64,000 nt of DNA from Gracilinanus agilis (GCF_016433145.1 NC_058135.1:174658486-174722485); one strand, 5' to 3'; shown: positions 40,205 through 52,325, counted from the first letter of the stretch. Made by a program: numbers and translations. Notes: generated from the sequence alone by a model not told the origin.

Positions 40205-41403
40205 ACTAGGGACTTTGAGGCTTTTCTGAAGTTTATATAATTGGCTACATCACAAAATACATGTGCTGTGAAAAGTAGTTTTCTGGTACGAAATGGTACA
40301 TTTAGGATTGTAGGATTATAGATTGAGAGCTAGAGTCATCCGAAGGGGTCATCTTTACAAAGCCAGGACTTTCTTCCTCTATATTCTCAGTGCTTAGCAG
40401 AGTGCCCGACCCATAGTAGATGCTTAAACACTAGGTGACTAACCGATCTCTTTGGTGGTGATGGTGGTCGTTATTTTTCTGAGGAGGAAACAAGGTCACA
40501 AAAGTGGAATGTTATGCCTAAGGTAAGCCAGGTAGTGACGTGCAATGCTAGAATTCAAACCCAGCTCATCTGAATCCAAATCCAGCATCCTTTACCAAAA
40601 TGTAAGTGTTCCTCATTGTGGTCCTCTGCCTGTTTCTCCATAGGTGACTATGATTTGCCCCCATAAAGCCCTGGCTTTTAATCTGAACATTTGCAAACTA
40701 ATATATAGTAGAATGAAAAAAATGCATCACCAGCTGAATATCTTAGAATGGTTGTCAACACTCAAGAGATTTAATCAACCTAAAGGTTTAATGTGTTCAA
40801 TGTATCATTTGCATTGAAAATAAGTAAAGGCTTATAAATTGTTTACATTTCAACGGCTTCCCACAGAACTGTCATAGTTGTATTATAGCTTAATCACATC
40901 CAACAACAAGATTCTGATTTTAAACTCTAAATGATGAAAACCTCCCTTTTGGCTTTATGTCTTTATACTCAATGCCAAGTCGAAGTGAGTAAGTGAATGT
41001 GTGTTAAGACTTGTGCTTTGCAGTGTTCTTTAGTTAAAATTCTAACTAACGAGGTTCATATGGATTGATATGTTACCTGTACTTGGAAAACCTTGACTTT
41101 TTCATGGTTCCAATTGTATATAAAATGAAGAGGGCATAAGACAGATGTTTCTAGATCTTAAGTGTCATTTTATGGCTGTTCCCATCTTCTTTCTCCATGT
41201 TTGCCTTCTGTCTTCAGATATTTTCTCTGACTCAACTTATCTTCTGGGGATGACTTTTAAGTTCTTCCTGTTTGGGATATCTGGTCTATAGTTAACCAAA
41301 TGTACACCTGGTATATAGAATTATCACCGCCATTACTAAAACTAGAAGGACATAAAGTGTTTTTACTTTCTAATAAAACCTACTTTTTTCTTCTACTTCC
41401 TAG

Positions 41404-41612
41404 CAGACATATGGAGTGATCATTCATTTCAGACGGATCCAGATTTGCCACCTGGATGGAAAAAAATTTGTGACATTGCTGGGATCTATTACTGGCATAT
41501 ACCAACGGGAACCACCCAGTGGGAACGTCCTGTGTCCATCCCAGCAGATCTTCAGGGTTCTAGAAAAGGGTCCTTTAGTTCTGTAACTCCATCTCCCACC
41601 CCAGAGAATGAG
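41404..41612 (+). CDS. APBB2: APBB2 coding exon with the WW domain: (A)[69 protein letters not shown]
   Basis: Pyrimidine tract then TAG/CAG acceptor at 41401-41406; donor GAG|GTAAAT at 41613; 209 nt, phase 1 to phase 0; FE65-family WW signature LPPGW...[13 protein letters not shown]. Confidence 0.97.
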
Positions 41613-41822
41613 GTAAATTTTTTTAATAGTTTGTTTGGTTGACAATAACATGTCACACTTCTTTTAACCACTCACTCCTATTCAAACAGGTCAATGAGGT
41701 AAGCTTTAGTTACAGTATTTATTGGATTTAAAGTGTGAATAGTGTTTCATTTTGTGAGTAGAATTAATGTCCATTTCCCACAGTTTTTGTTCTTAATGAC
41801 TCTTAGTCTTTATGAACTAGGG

Positions 41823-41998
41823 CAGTGATGAGTAAACTATGCCCCCACCCAGGCCATAGTTTGTCCATCACTGCCTTAAGCAATTCCCTAATCACTGCGC
41901 TCCCACATCCAGATATAGTGATTAGGGAATTGCTTAAGGCAGTGATGGGCAAACTATGGCCTGGATCTGGCCCACAGGGAATAGTTTGCCCATCACTG
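41823..41998. mobile_element. Composite palindromic hAT MITE with four TIR copies
   Basis: Perfect 8-bp TSD AACTAGGG at 41815-41822 and 41999-42006; TIR CAGTGATGGGCAAACTAT at 41823 (+, 2 mismatches), 41856-41873 (-), 41940 (+), 41981-41998 (-). Confidence 0.9.
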
Positions 41999-42779
41999 AA
42001 CTAGGGTAATAGATACAATGAATAAAGTGAAGAATGTTATTCTATTCTGTAGATACAGGTTGTAGTCAGACTTTACATGCCAACTAAAGTTTCTTGGCTA
42101 GATATTTTATAAGTATTGTGACCCTTATTAACCTTTGGTTGCTAGAGGTAGTAGGTGGACTCAGTCAATGAGATAATACTTAAGATTCCTTAAGACCTAA
42201 TTTTTGACAAAATATTAAAAATCCTAAGGTTTTCAACATGATAGAAGTGAAAATATTTTGGCAGTTATGTTTAGTTACATAACCTTTTAGTGTTCAACTT
42301 CAGTTTGATCTTTAGTGAAATGGCGTGAAGAATTTTTTTTAAATTGAAGAATGATACATACATGAAAAATTACTGAAAAAAAAGCCCTGCTATGAGAGGC
42401 AGTACATGATAGTGAATAGAAAAATAGTTTTGGAATCAAGAAGACCTTGAGGGTAGGAATGTTTCATTCAAAAACATTCAAATGTTTCATGATTTCTCAG
42501 AACCTTGGACAGCACCTGGCACAGAGTAGGTATTTAGTAATTGTAATCACTACTACCACATTTTTTAGTTATTTGACTGACAGTCTTAAATCTTTTTTAC
42601 AACCATACAAGATTGCCATCCTTCAGAAGGTCTCCCAAAAAGGATATCTCCTGATTTTCCCTTGGCAACAAGGTTTATATTGTGATAACAATTGGATAGT
42701 GAACATTCTCTTTTTAATTTGTTTCATCTCTAAGTTGTATCATAGTATAGTTTGGAAATTCAATCTCTTGAGGGAAATA

Positions 42780-43005
42780 ATGATGGCGAGCATTTATATA
42801 GTACTTTAAGGTTCATAAAATGCTTTGAATATATTCTTATTTGATCCTCTTAACCTTGTGAACTAGACACTATTATTCTTGTTTTAAAGATGAGGAAACT
42901 CATGTGGTTGAGGTCTAGTGACTTGTTCAGAATCACAAAGCTGATAAATGTCTGAGGTTTGCTTTGAATTCATGTCTTCCTGACCCTATATCCAGCACAT
43001 AGCTA
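42780..43005 (-). mobile_element. MIR-family SINE
   Basis: gagcatttatatagtactttaaggtt...tatttgatcctc...agatgaggaaact...tttgaattcatgtcttcctgac. Confidence 0.75.
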
Positions 43006-44630
43006 CATAGGGAAAGTCAAGAGGGAAGCTAAATTCTAAAAACAAAGCGCACATTGGTAACACATCTTCCATTCAACATTTCCATGAGTTTTTGAAGCTC
43101 AGTGAAAAACAGGACAGAAGGATTCCTTGCCAATATGATAGCTCCATATTTCACATTCAGAAGTTTATTTTGGAAGTGTTGATGATTTTTCTACTGCACA
43201 GTCAAAAAGCATTTTGGGAAATTTATAAACTGGATACAAAATGTTTGCCACTGAAACCTGGCATACAATTTCTTCCCTAAGCCATTTATAGGGAAATGAT
43301 TCCCTAACTCTCTTGGACCCTGAATTTTAGAACCCAAGAAGAAAGAAAACTACACAAAATATTTTTAACCTTGCCTTTTTTTAGCCCTGACATTTAATTG
43401 TTGAATAGAAAATGATTCTTTGATTTATGAAGTAGAAGATTTTGAAGAGAAAGGCCATCCGCTTTATGTTACTTAGGAGGGCAGCTGTCTCCATTTTCCT
43501 CAATACCATAAGCACTACTTGGTATTGGGTTTCTGAATAATTATATTATTATAATGGTATTCCAGCAACCTGAAATTGTGCCTCAGTGAATTTCCAAAGT
43601 ACTCCTAGGAAGTGCTCTTATCTAAGCACTAGAAAAGTTTTTTTTTTATTTCCTCCATGAGACTTGGATGATACCTTTTGATAAAGCACATGAAACTCAA
43701 ATATGAATGAGACATCCTAAGGACTATTGTTTCATCCTTTTTAGAGGTTGAATGGCCCAGTGGAGAGTGGCAACTTACTTGGAATTTTTAGAATCTTAGA
43801 GCTGGTAGGTCCTAAGAAAACAGCTAATTCAACCTACCTCACTTTTCAGATGAGGAAACAGATCAGGAAAACTGCATATTCAGACTTTTATAGTTCATAA
43901 GTAGTAGCAAGCCTAGAATGCAGGGCTTCTGCCTCCCAATTCAGAGTTTATTCTTCTCTTCCTTACTGGCTGCCTCTCTTGTTGAGCATAAATGAAATGA
44001 ATTGAAATTGTTATACTGTTCACTGGTCCGCTTCTTAATTTTTCTCGGAATTATGTTTGTATGATCTACTCTTCTGTTCCTTGTTCACCCAACACAAGGT
44101 GAGGAAGTCAAAAGGGTGTCCAGGAGTCTGCGTATTAGCATGAGTGAAATGTCCCATAGATTTGTATGTAGGGTAAATATTTATAATGGCTGAGCCTGGC
44201 ATCCAAAGAATATTATTTTATGCCATCGAGACTATAGGGTCGTCTCAAGCCTTAGCCCTCGAAACAGAAGAAGGGAGACATTTAGAGTCATTCTCTACAT
44301 TTATCAAATTTGTTTACCAGATCAGTACAACAATCTTTTTTGTGTCATATTCTTGAATTATGTCAATAGAGAGAATATTTTGTTCATGGAAATCCCTTCC
44401 AAGACTTAAAAGAAAAAAAAATTTGATCTCAATAAAAGATTACTCAAGAGTTCCATTATAACACTGTCTATGGCAGCAGATGGGAATCCAGTATGTAGAC
44501 ACATTTTACCTTAGCCCTAATTCTTTAGTGATTAGCCGTATAGAAAGGTTCTACTGTATATGTGCATATATAAAGGTGTGGGGCCTTTATGTTCAAAGTA
44601 CTATTTTAAAAGTCATAAACTATATTATTA

Positions 44631-44876
44631 GGCAGCTAGATGGTATAATGATAGAGCACTGGACCTAGAAAAAAAAGACTTGAATTCAAATTCAGCCTCA
44701 CATAGATGAGTGGCCCTGGGCAAGTCACTTAACTTCTCTTTACCTCAGTTTCCTCATCTCTAAAATGAATTCATAATAGTACTACCTCCCCAGCGTTGTT
44801 ATGAGACTCAAATAAGATAATATTTGTAAAGCATTTAGCACAGTGCCTACCATATAAAAGAAGCTTAATAAATGAT
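44631..44876 (+). mobile_element. Near full-length MIR
   Basis: ggcagctagatgg...ctgggcaagtcacttaac...ctcagtttcctcatc...tttgtaaagcatttagcacagtgcct...ttaataaatg. Confidence 0.85.
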
Positions 44877-45805
44877 TTTTCTCTTCCCATCCCTCTTTTA
44901 GAGAAAGGGCTTTGAAATTATTTCTAATGATTCACATGTTCCAAGAAGACTTCTTCCACTCCAAAACACTCTTACATCTAAGAGCTCTGACTAGAATTTG
45001 TGAAAAGTCTGCCTCTGACACTATCTGCGTGACTTTGAACATGTACCTTGACCTCCCATTTTTTTTTATCTGTTCAAATTTTCTTTCTCCATTCTATCTT
45101 GCTCCCTCTTGCTTTTCATATTAGTCTTTGAAATTACCATTATTACAATTCATTTTTAACTCTTTGCAAAAACACATTACTTTCTAAATCCAATTAGTCT
45201 TTTCATATCTTTTTCCAACATTCAGCTTAAGCGATTGGAATAATTTTCATGTTTGAAAACCGATGCTATCTTTGACATCTTCATATTACTTTATTTAAAG
45301 AGTAGTTTTGATTTTGACATTTTTGGGGCCGTGGTCAACAAAGCTCAGAAGATGCTTAACAGTGATATTCAAACATTTTAGGTATTTCCTCTTTTTGAAA
45401 TGCCCTTTCCTCTATTCTTTCCCTTTTTTTAAGAAAGGTTAATTTCAGATAATAAATATAGTCAGCTGAATTCTTTGAGTGCTTTAAAGAGTTTTAAAGT
45501 TTCAAATATTTAAGCAAAATTAAATAACAAAAGTAAATGCTTGTCAAATGAAATGATACAAACTTGATATTAGATTTGTTTCCCATATAATCCTGAATTT
45601 ATGCTTATTTCAGATTAAGGAATGATGATTTTAGTGGTTTTAACTTTCAACGCCTTTTTAAAAATCATGTCTTTTCCCCTTATGACCATGAAAATTTGTA
45701 ATCATAGTAATTCTCAGTACTATAAAGAAAAAAATTCCCATTTCATTTTATTGAGTACTCAAGATGGTAGATTATTTTTCCTACAAATCTGGTCCTGGGA
45801 ATTTT

Positions 45806-45934
45806 TTTAAACCCTTACCTTTCATCATAGGCAATGGAGGTTAGGTGACTTGCCCAGGGCCACAGAGCTGTCTGAAGCCAGATTTGAACCTAGGACCTCT
45901 CCCTTTTAATCTACTGAGCCACCTATCTGATCCA
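45806..45934 (-). mobile_element. Internally deleted MAR1/SINE1-type SINE
   Basis: aaacccttacc...ggtgacttgcccaggg...gccagatttgaacctaggacc; degenerate TSD gtcctgggaatttt / gttctggggatttt. Confidence 0.75.
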
Positions 45935-46859
45935 GTTCTGGGGATTTTAAAGGGCACGAATTCATCAGTGTCCCCAAATTTTATTATTTCCTACTATTTC
46001 TGTTAAGACTTGAGGAAAACATCTGGGTATTTGTTCAGTTTTGTGGGAGGCAAAAACATTCGGTGTTTCTGCAATTTGGGAAGGAAGGAGCTGTTTGCAT
46101 TTAAGCAGCTGTTGTAACAGTTCTGATAAACCATTGCTTCTTGCTTTGTACTGTACTCTAAGGAAATAATTTCATAACCCAAATTTTTTTTGAAAACCTG
46201 AGAGATTTTTGTATTGCATGAGAACAGTGCTTTTTATCAGTTGAAGGAAGCTGCATTACATTATTTACAGCTATTTTTGTTGCACTGAGTTTCAGTGAGA
46301 AGTCTGTTTGTGCTCCTTACTAATCACCTTTTCCCCTTCATTTTGTCTTTTTTTCTTCTGTTAATGTGAAAATAAGTTGACTTTAGTGTTCTGTTTCCTT
46401 TTATTTGAGTGTTGCCAAATCTCCTGACAACGTATTTAGCAGGCTTATCATTTATGCCTACCCTCCTCTCCAAATAAAATTCCGTTTTATAAAGAGTAAG
46501 TTTGATGGAGGCTTAGACATGTTTAACATTCATACTCAGAAACATCGTGTTTGATTTTGAGATCACATTTAGAAAATATCCTCATTGTCTGTTTCTAATA
46601 CATGTGGACTTTTTTCCTTGTTTCAATCATTTGTTTTGGTAAGTAGTTGTAGAACCATTTTTCCCTCTGTTCCCCTCCTCCTCCCATTCTAGTTAAATTC
46701 CTCTCCAGATGCCATTCTAGAATTGACTAACTAGTTAAAAGTAGAGTTAATCTGTTCCCTAACTCATCCCGTGAATATCAATGCTAACAACGGTGTCTTG
46801 TGTTTTTTTTTTGTTCTTTTTTTATTTTTATTTTATCAATGTGCTTCTTCCTATGTGAA

Positions 46860-47038
46860 NNNNNNNNNNNNNNNNNNNNNNNNNNNNNNNNNNNNNNNNN
46901 NNNNNNNNNNNNNNNNNNNNNNNNNNNNNNNNNNNNNNNNNNNNNNNNNNNNNNNNNNNNNNNNNNNNNNNNNNNNNNNNNNNNNNNNNNNNNNNNNNNN
47001 NNNNNNNNNNNNNNNNNNNNNNNNNNNNNNNNNNNNNN
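46860..47038 (+). other. APBB2: Assembly gap predicted to contain the 63-nt APBB2 cassette exon (human KQPWSDFAVLNGGKINSDIWK, recalled)
   Basis: That peptide is not found between 41613 and 47356; a long U-rich tract and CTAAC branch-type motifs end at the gap edge. The exon itself is not visible. Confidence 0.55.
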
Positions 47039-47356
47039 CATTCATATTACAGAGAGAGAATGATTGGGGTTCTTGTTAGCAATGTCCAGCTCACAAACAT
47101 GTTGCCTTTGTCTGATTTTTTTCCTCTTTGATTAAATTCAGTCTGAATTCTTCAGAGTAAATGTGTTCTAAGAACAAGGTGCTTGCACTATCTATCTAAT
47201 AGTCCAACTACCCTCTGCATGCCTTTTCCTACCTTAGCTCAGCATATACTATATGCTTCTATGCAGGGATGATGTTTTCTCCATTTGACGTTAGAGGTAT
47301 CTGTAGTAGAAAGGGCACTTAATTCTATAATAATAAATTTCAGCTTTCCCCCCTAG

Positions 47357-47442
47357 GATTTGCATGCAGCCACAGTTAACCCAGACCCCAGTTTAAAAGA
47401 GTTTGAAGGAGCCACCTTACGCTATGCATCTTTGAAACTCAG
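47357..47442 (+). CDS. APBB2: APBB2 coding exon DLHAATVNPDPSLKEFEGATLRYASLKL(R)
   Basis: Acceptor ctttccccctag at 47356, donor AG|GTAGAG at 47443; 86 nt, phase 0 to 2; matches the APBB2 linker between WW and PTB1. Confidence 0.97.
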
Positions 47443-47539
47443 GTAGAGTATTGGAAATGTTGATTCGAACCACATTTTAGCTCCATCCAGAGCTATAGCT
47501 TTTGGTGGTAAACCCAGTGTGCTTTTGTTTTCTTTGTAG

Positions 47540-47600
47540 ACATGTCCCACAAGCTGATGATGATGATTCCTGTAGTATTAATAGTGACCCAGAAGCCAAG
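47540..47600 (+). CDS. APBB2: APBB2 coding exon (R)HVPQADDDDSCSINSDPEAK, just before the PTB1 core
   Basis: Acceptor ttttctttgtag at 47539 after a 97-nt intron, donor AAG|GTAAGT at 47601; 61 nt, phase 2 to 0; DDDDSCSINSDPEAK is characteristic of APBB2. Confidence 0.97.
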
Positions 47601-48057
47601 GTAAGTAGGAAAACCTACTTTCATCAAAATGTCTACAGTCAGGGTCTTGGTCCTTTTTCAAGTTGAATTTCTACTCCTGATGGTTTCTTTAAAAAAAACA
47701 AAACAAAACAAAAAACACAGAAAAATGAAGGCAAAAGAGACTGCTACGAGGAGACAGACAGACAGACAGACAGACAGATAGAATGGCTGCTGAATCAACC
47801 ATTCCCCAGTCGTTGCACCCAGGTGATAGCAACAATGTCAGGTAGATATGATGCTAGAAGAACTGGAGAGAAAAAGATGAATTGCATCCTCTCTGCCCTC
47901 AAGGAATAGTTACATGGTGCAAAGTAGTAACCGTAGCTGCTTCATCCTCCATTCTTCCCAGAATGTGACTGTTTCCTTTCAATATACCTTTCGTATGCTT
48001 GCCCTTCTTGATGTATATGCCCACATTGAGGATGGCAGCATCTCAATGAGCAGCACA

Positions 48058-49060
48058 GATTCACAGAATCATAAAATTGGAGACACCAAAGGCCAACCAG
48101 TCTGGGCTCTCCCAATGTAGGAATCCTTCTCTGACATACAGAGCTAATGGTTGTTCATGGTTCCCTGAGGGGGTCCTAGTCTAGTGGGGAAGGAATCTTT
48201 TACCTCTTCAGGCAGCCTCTTTCCACTTTCGAATTGCTCTGATCAGTGACCATAAATCTACCTCTTTGGGAAATGTCTATTGAGTACTACTGTGGTTTAT
48301 TATTGTTCAGTTGTTTCAGTCCTATCAGATTCTTCATGACCCCATTTTGAGGTTTTCTGGGCAAAGATGCTAGAGTGGTTTGCCTTTTCCTTCTCTAGCT
48401 CTTATTATAAGTGAACAAACTGAGGCAGACAGAGTTAAGGCATGTACTGAGGGTCACACAGCTAGTAAGTGTCTGAGTTTAGATTTGAATTTGAGAAGAT
48501 GAGTCTGACTCCAGCCCTGGCACTCTATCCACTGCATTGCCTAGCTACCCATTGATCACGAGTAGTCTTGGAACCAGCAAGAGGAAGTCCCTCTTTCTTG
48601 TGATAGACTCTCTAATTCTTAAATAACCATCACATCTTCACAAAGTCATCTTTTCTCCAGGCGAGCCTTCCTTGGTTTCTTCAATTGGTCCTTATGGTTG
48701 CGTCACCTGTCACCATTTTGGTGATGTAGCTTGTCAGTTTCCTTTGGATGCTTAGAACCAAGAGCGATATTCCAGATGGAGTCTTGTTAGCAGAGTGTTG
48801 CTGGGCTATCACTTCCCGTATTATGGTTCATCATGCTTCATAAATGCACCTCATGATTATATTTAGGTTTTGGGCCTCTCATGTCATGCTGTTGACTCCT
48901 AATGAGTTAGAGGATCCACTAAAACCCCCACATCTTATTCCAAAGAATTGTTCTTTAACCACCCACCACTCACCATTCAGTGCTTACAAGTGTTCAGCCC
49001 ACCACTTCAGTCCTTTGCATGATTTAAGAATTTTAAAATTATTACCCTAATATTCTTTTT
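48058..49060 (-). mobile_element. L3/CR1 fragment split by a MAR1 SINE (about 48298-48550, minus)
   Basis: cacagaatc...aggaatcc...ggcagcctctttccacttt before, and cagatggagtc...ctgttgactc...ccactaaaaccccca after the MAR1. Confidence 0.75.
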
Positions 49061-52000
49061 TTTAGCTTGACTAATTATCTTGCTCTCTTAATGGAGAAGG
49101 TAGGAAGAGCTTTCAGTTCTTAAATGGCAAATGTAAATCAGTAGAATAGCCCTTGAGTCAGAGTGGATCCTTTTTTCAGAGGATTAGATTTGATTATACT
49201 TGGCAATTTCTAAAATAGTTATCTTCTCTCTTCCCACTTCTTCTCTTCCCTTATTTTCTTCTTTCCTCCTTTCTAGAAGGATGGAAAGATGGATTAAGAG
49301 CTTACTATGTCCCAGGTAGTATTCAAATACTGTGTTCCTAACAATAACTCTGGATGATAGTTACTATTATTATCTTCATTTTAAAGTTGAAGAAATGGAG
49401 ACTGACTTGTCCAGAGTCACTCAATTAGTCATTGCTGAGGCTAGATTCGAATTTTGGTCTTTCTGACTCTAGTTCCAGAGCTCTTTCTCTCCTGTGCCAT
49501 TTAGCTATCTTTTAAGTTAAAGATAACTGGCTTAGATTTGGGATGGGAGGGCAGGCAATTCTAAGTTTCCTTCTTCTCCCTCAAATCCTACATGAGTATA
49601 GCATCTTCATGTCCAAAGAGCCTTAAAAGCAATGGGTTGAGTGGAGCGGACTCAAAGTGTCTTAGCATCCTGATTTATGTTCCCTTGATTCTTTATTGAA
49701 GTCAAAATTTAGTGTTCTTCATATTTCTGGGAGTCTCCTAAAGAAGAATATGATGAAAATCTCTCCTGATCCTGTTGACCACAATGACATTTCTAGCTCA
49801 GCGGAGGGAGGACAGCTACTCCAGAAGCAGGTGGCATTCCGAACAAGTCCTTGCACTCCTGCGAGCATGCTGAGTTTTAAAAGATAAAATTTATGGCAAG
49901 GAAGAGATGCATAAAACAGGAAGGCTGAGGGTGAATAATCTGTTTTGCTACCAGGTCTTTTACAAGGGCTTTCAGCAAGGGCTGCAGGTCCTTCCTCCTG
50001 CAGCACAGTCTGTCTGTACCACTACCTGCTGGGCCAGAGGCATCTGTTAAAAAGAAAAAGAAAAAAAAAGACAAAGGGGAAATGTCAGGAGTGATAAAGG
50101 AGAGTGACGGGAGGGATAGAGATAGAAGGGAAGACAGGAATAGGAGGAACAGCTGGCCTGTCTCCCTAAGCTCTGTACATTTGGGCTTTTTGTCCCCCAG
50201 GTTTTCTCCTATGTACCAATGACTATCTTTAGCCTTTTGTGAACTATTCAGTGTTGGCCAAACCTTCTTCTGAAGCAGTGGGAGAGAGCTCTGTGGTATA
50301 TATATGCTCTGTTGAAACCAGACTGAATTCAGGCAAAACAAGCCAGTTCTGCATGTCATTCCTTTTAAAATTTAGTTGCTAAAAATTTTTAAATGTAGTT
50401 TTTCCATGAAAATTTGAGGACTCCAATTCAAATCTTTTTTGTTATAAACTTAATAAGCACCAACACGACCTTGCAAATTTATGAAACGGGGAATAGAATC
50501 TTACATAAAATCATTCCTATTTAACATTTAGAGCCAAACCAATCAACAGCGAGCAAACAAGGAATGTGTTTGTAAAATGTGATTGATCTGTCCCTTTTCC
50601 AGGTGCCCCATAGATCTCCTTTGGCTTTGTTTTCTTTCTTTTTTTCTCTCGGATAGAATGTTGATTTTGATGTTTTTAATTTGCATTAATTCATACACTT
50701 TTTTTGGTAGTTCCTTGTGGTTTTTTTTTTATGTTTCTTTCCGAGGCATCATAACATTCTGCTTTATTAATATGCTATGCGGTGGGACCCTCCTACCCAC
50801 GGAAGATACAGTCCAAGTTCTACCAAGTGGATGGCTGAAACCATGGATATAAGCAAACACCTGCTGACTTCATATTTATGTGCTCTCTTTCTCTGCTTGG
50901 TGCTTCACAGCCTCTTAATACTCCCTCTTCCCCCCACAAAAAATCTAGAAAGTGAAAGCAGAAGAGACCACCATTGAGGGGAAGACCCCTGGCGAATCAG
51001 CCATTCCCCAATCTTTGCCTTTTGGTGTCAGTAATAGCTATGCTGAAAGCCTTCTGAAGGCATTATGCTAGGAGATGGAGAGAAAAAGATAAACAGTTGT
51101 CTCCTCTCTTCCCTCTAGTTGCCTCTAGGCTAATGAAGCTGATGTGGTAGATTGAAATTACAAAGAGATTAAGTACAGAAAACAAATATATAGGAGACAC
51201 GTAGTTATGATTTGGGGACAGGAGAATCACTTCTGGGTCAGATAATCAGGGATGACTTCCTGGGCTGGGTGGTCCCTGCTGTGGGCCCTGAAGGAAGAGA
51301 TCCTACCAGCCAAGGAGGCTTCCCTTATGCCAGCTGGTGGTATGGTGGATTGAGCACTGGGCCTGAAGTTAGGAAGATCTAAATTCAAATCCAGCCCCAG
51401 ACACTTAAGAGCTCTGTGGCGAGGCAAGTCACTTAAACTTGCCTGCCTCAGTTTCCTTAACTAAAAAATGGAGACAATGACACCACCATCCCAGGGAATC
51501 AAATAAGGTAGCACAAAGTAGATTCTGAATAAATGCTAATTGATTAGTTGACCAATAAATTAAAAACCAAGGAAGTGAGTAGATACTAAATCCTAAATTT
51601 TGACACCTAGGAGCCATTACTAAACTAGTATCATTTCATTGTTTTGTTTTTGTATCTGGGAGCAGCTAACCTGATGCCTTGCATGTCAGAATAGGGAACC
51701 TGTGATTTCACTGGAAAACAAAACTCCCCTTTTGATGCAAGGAAGTATCTTCTCTGCAGCTTAGATTCTCAGAGACTTGCCTAGAGCACTGAGAGATTAA
51801 GTGAGCCAGTTTGGGTCAGAAAATGGATTCAGACTTTGTCTTCGTGGGTCTATACCCACTATGTAACACTGCCTATCCAAATAGAGTGGATGATGTGAGG
51901 CCAGTAGTCCTTGATCATAGGAAATACTTAACAGATTTTAAATGAATTGAATTTCACTGAACATTTATTAACAGCTTTCTCTATGCAAGTTACAAAACTA

Positions 52001-52106
52001 GGTCCCAGAGATGAAGATTTTTTTAAATGCCTTGACTTTGAGGAATTGGCCATCAGTTAGATAGAAATGTGATGTGTACCAGAAGAGAAACATTTGCTTG
52101 ATTACT

Positions 52107-52325
52107 TGGTTTGACGGGGATGTGATTGGGGATGTAGACTCTAAACGATCACCCTAGTGCAACTATCAATAATATGGAAATAGGTCTTGGTCAATGGCAC
52201 ATGTAAAATCCGGTAGAATTGCTCATTGGCTACAGGAGGGGGGAGGAGGAAGGGAGGGAAAGAACATGAATCATGTAACCAAGGGAAAATATTCTAAATC
52301 AATTAATTTAATTAATTAAGAAAAA
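52107..52325 (+). mobile_element. L1 3' end
   Basis: gattggggatgtagactctaaacgatcaccctagtgcaa...gaacatgaatcatgtaacc...aattaag. Confidence 0.85.

Noticed and set aside
1-41400. The large N-terminal APBB2 coding exon or a nested gene
   Set aside because: No long ORF or APBB2-like peptide upstream of 41404; no tRNA, rRNA or snRNA genes recognised (tRNA-like boxes belong to SINE heads).
41815-42006. CRISPR-like or snoRNA reading of the repeated CAGTGATG motif
   Set aside because: Repeats alternate in orientation and are bounded by an 8-bp TSD, which fits hAT TIRs; no C/D box pairing and the context is eukaryotic.
38555-44876. Inverted MIR pair flanking the WW exon as a pairing element
   Set aside because: Both copies are old and too diverged for stable long-range pairing.
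49696-50050. GC-richer block with overlapping ORFs, considered as a processed pseudogene
   Set aside because: No frame resembles a protein I recognise; no poly-A or TSD.
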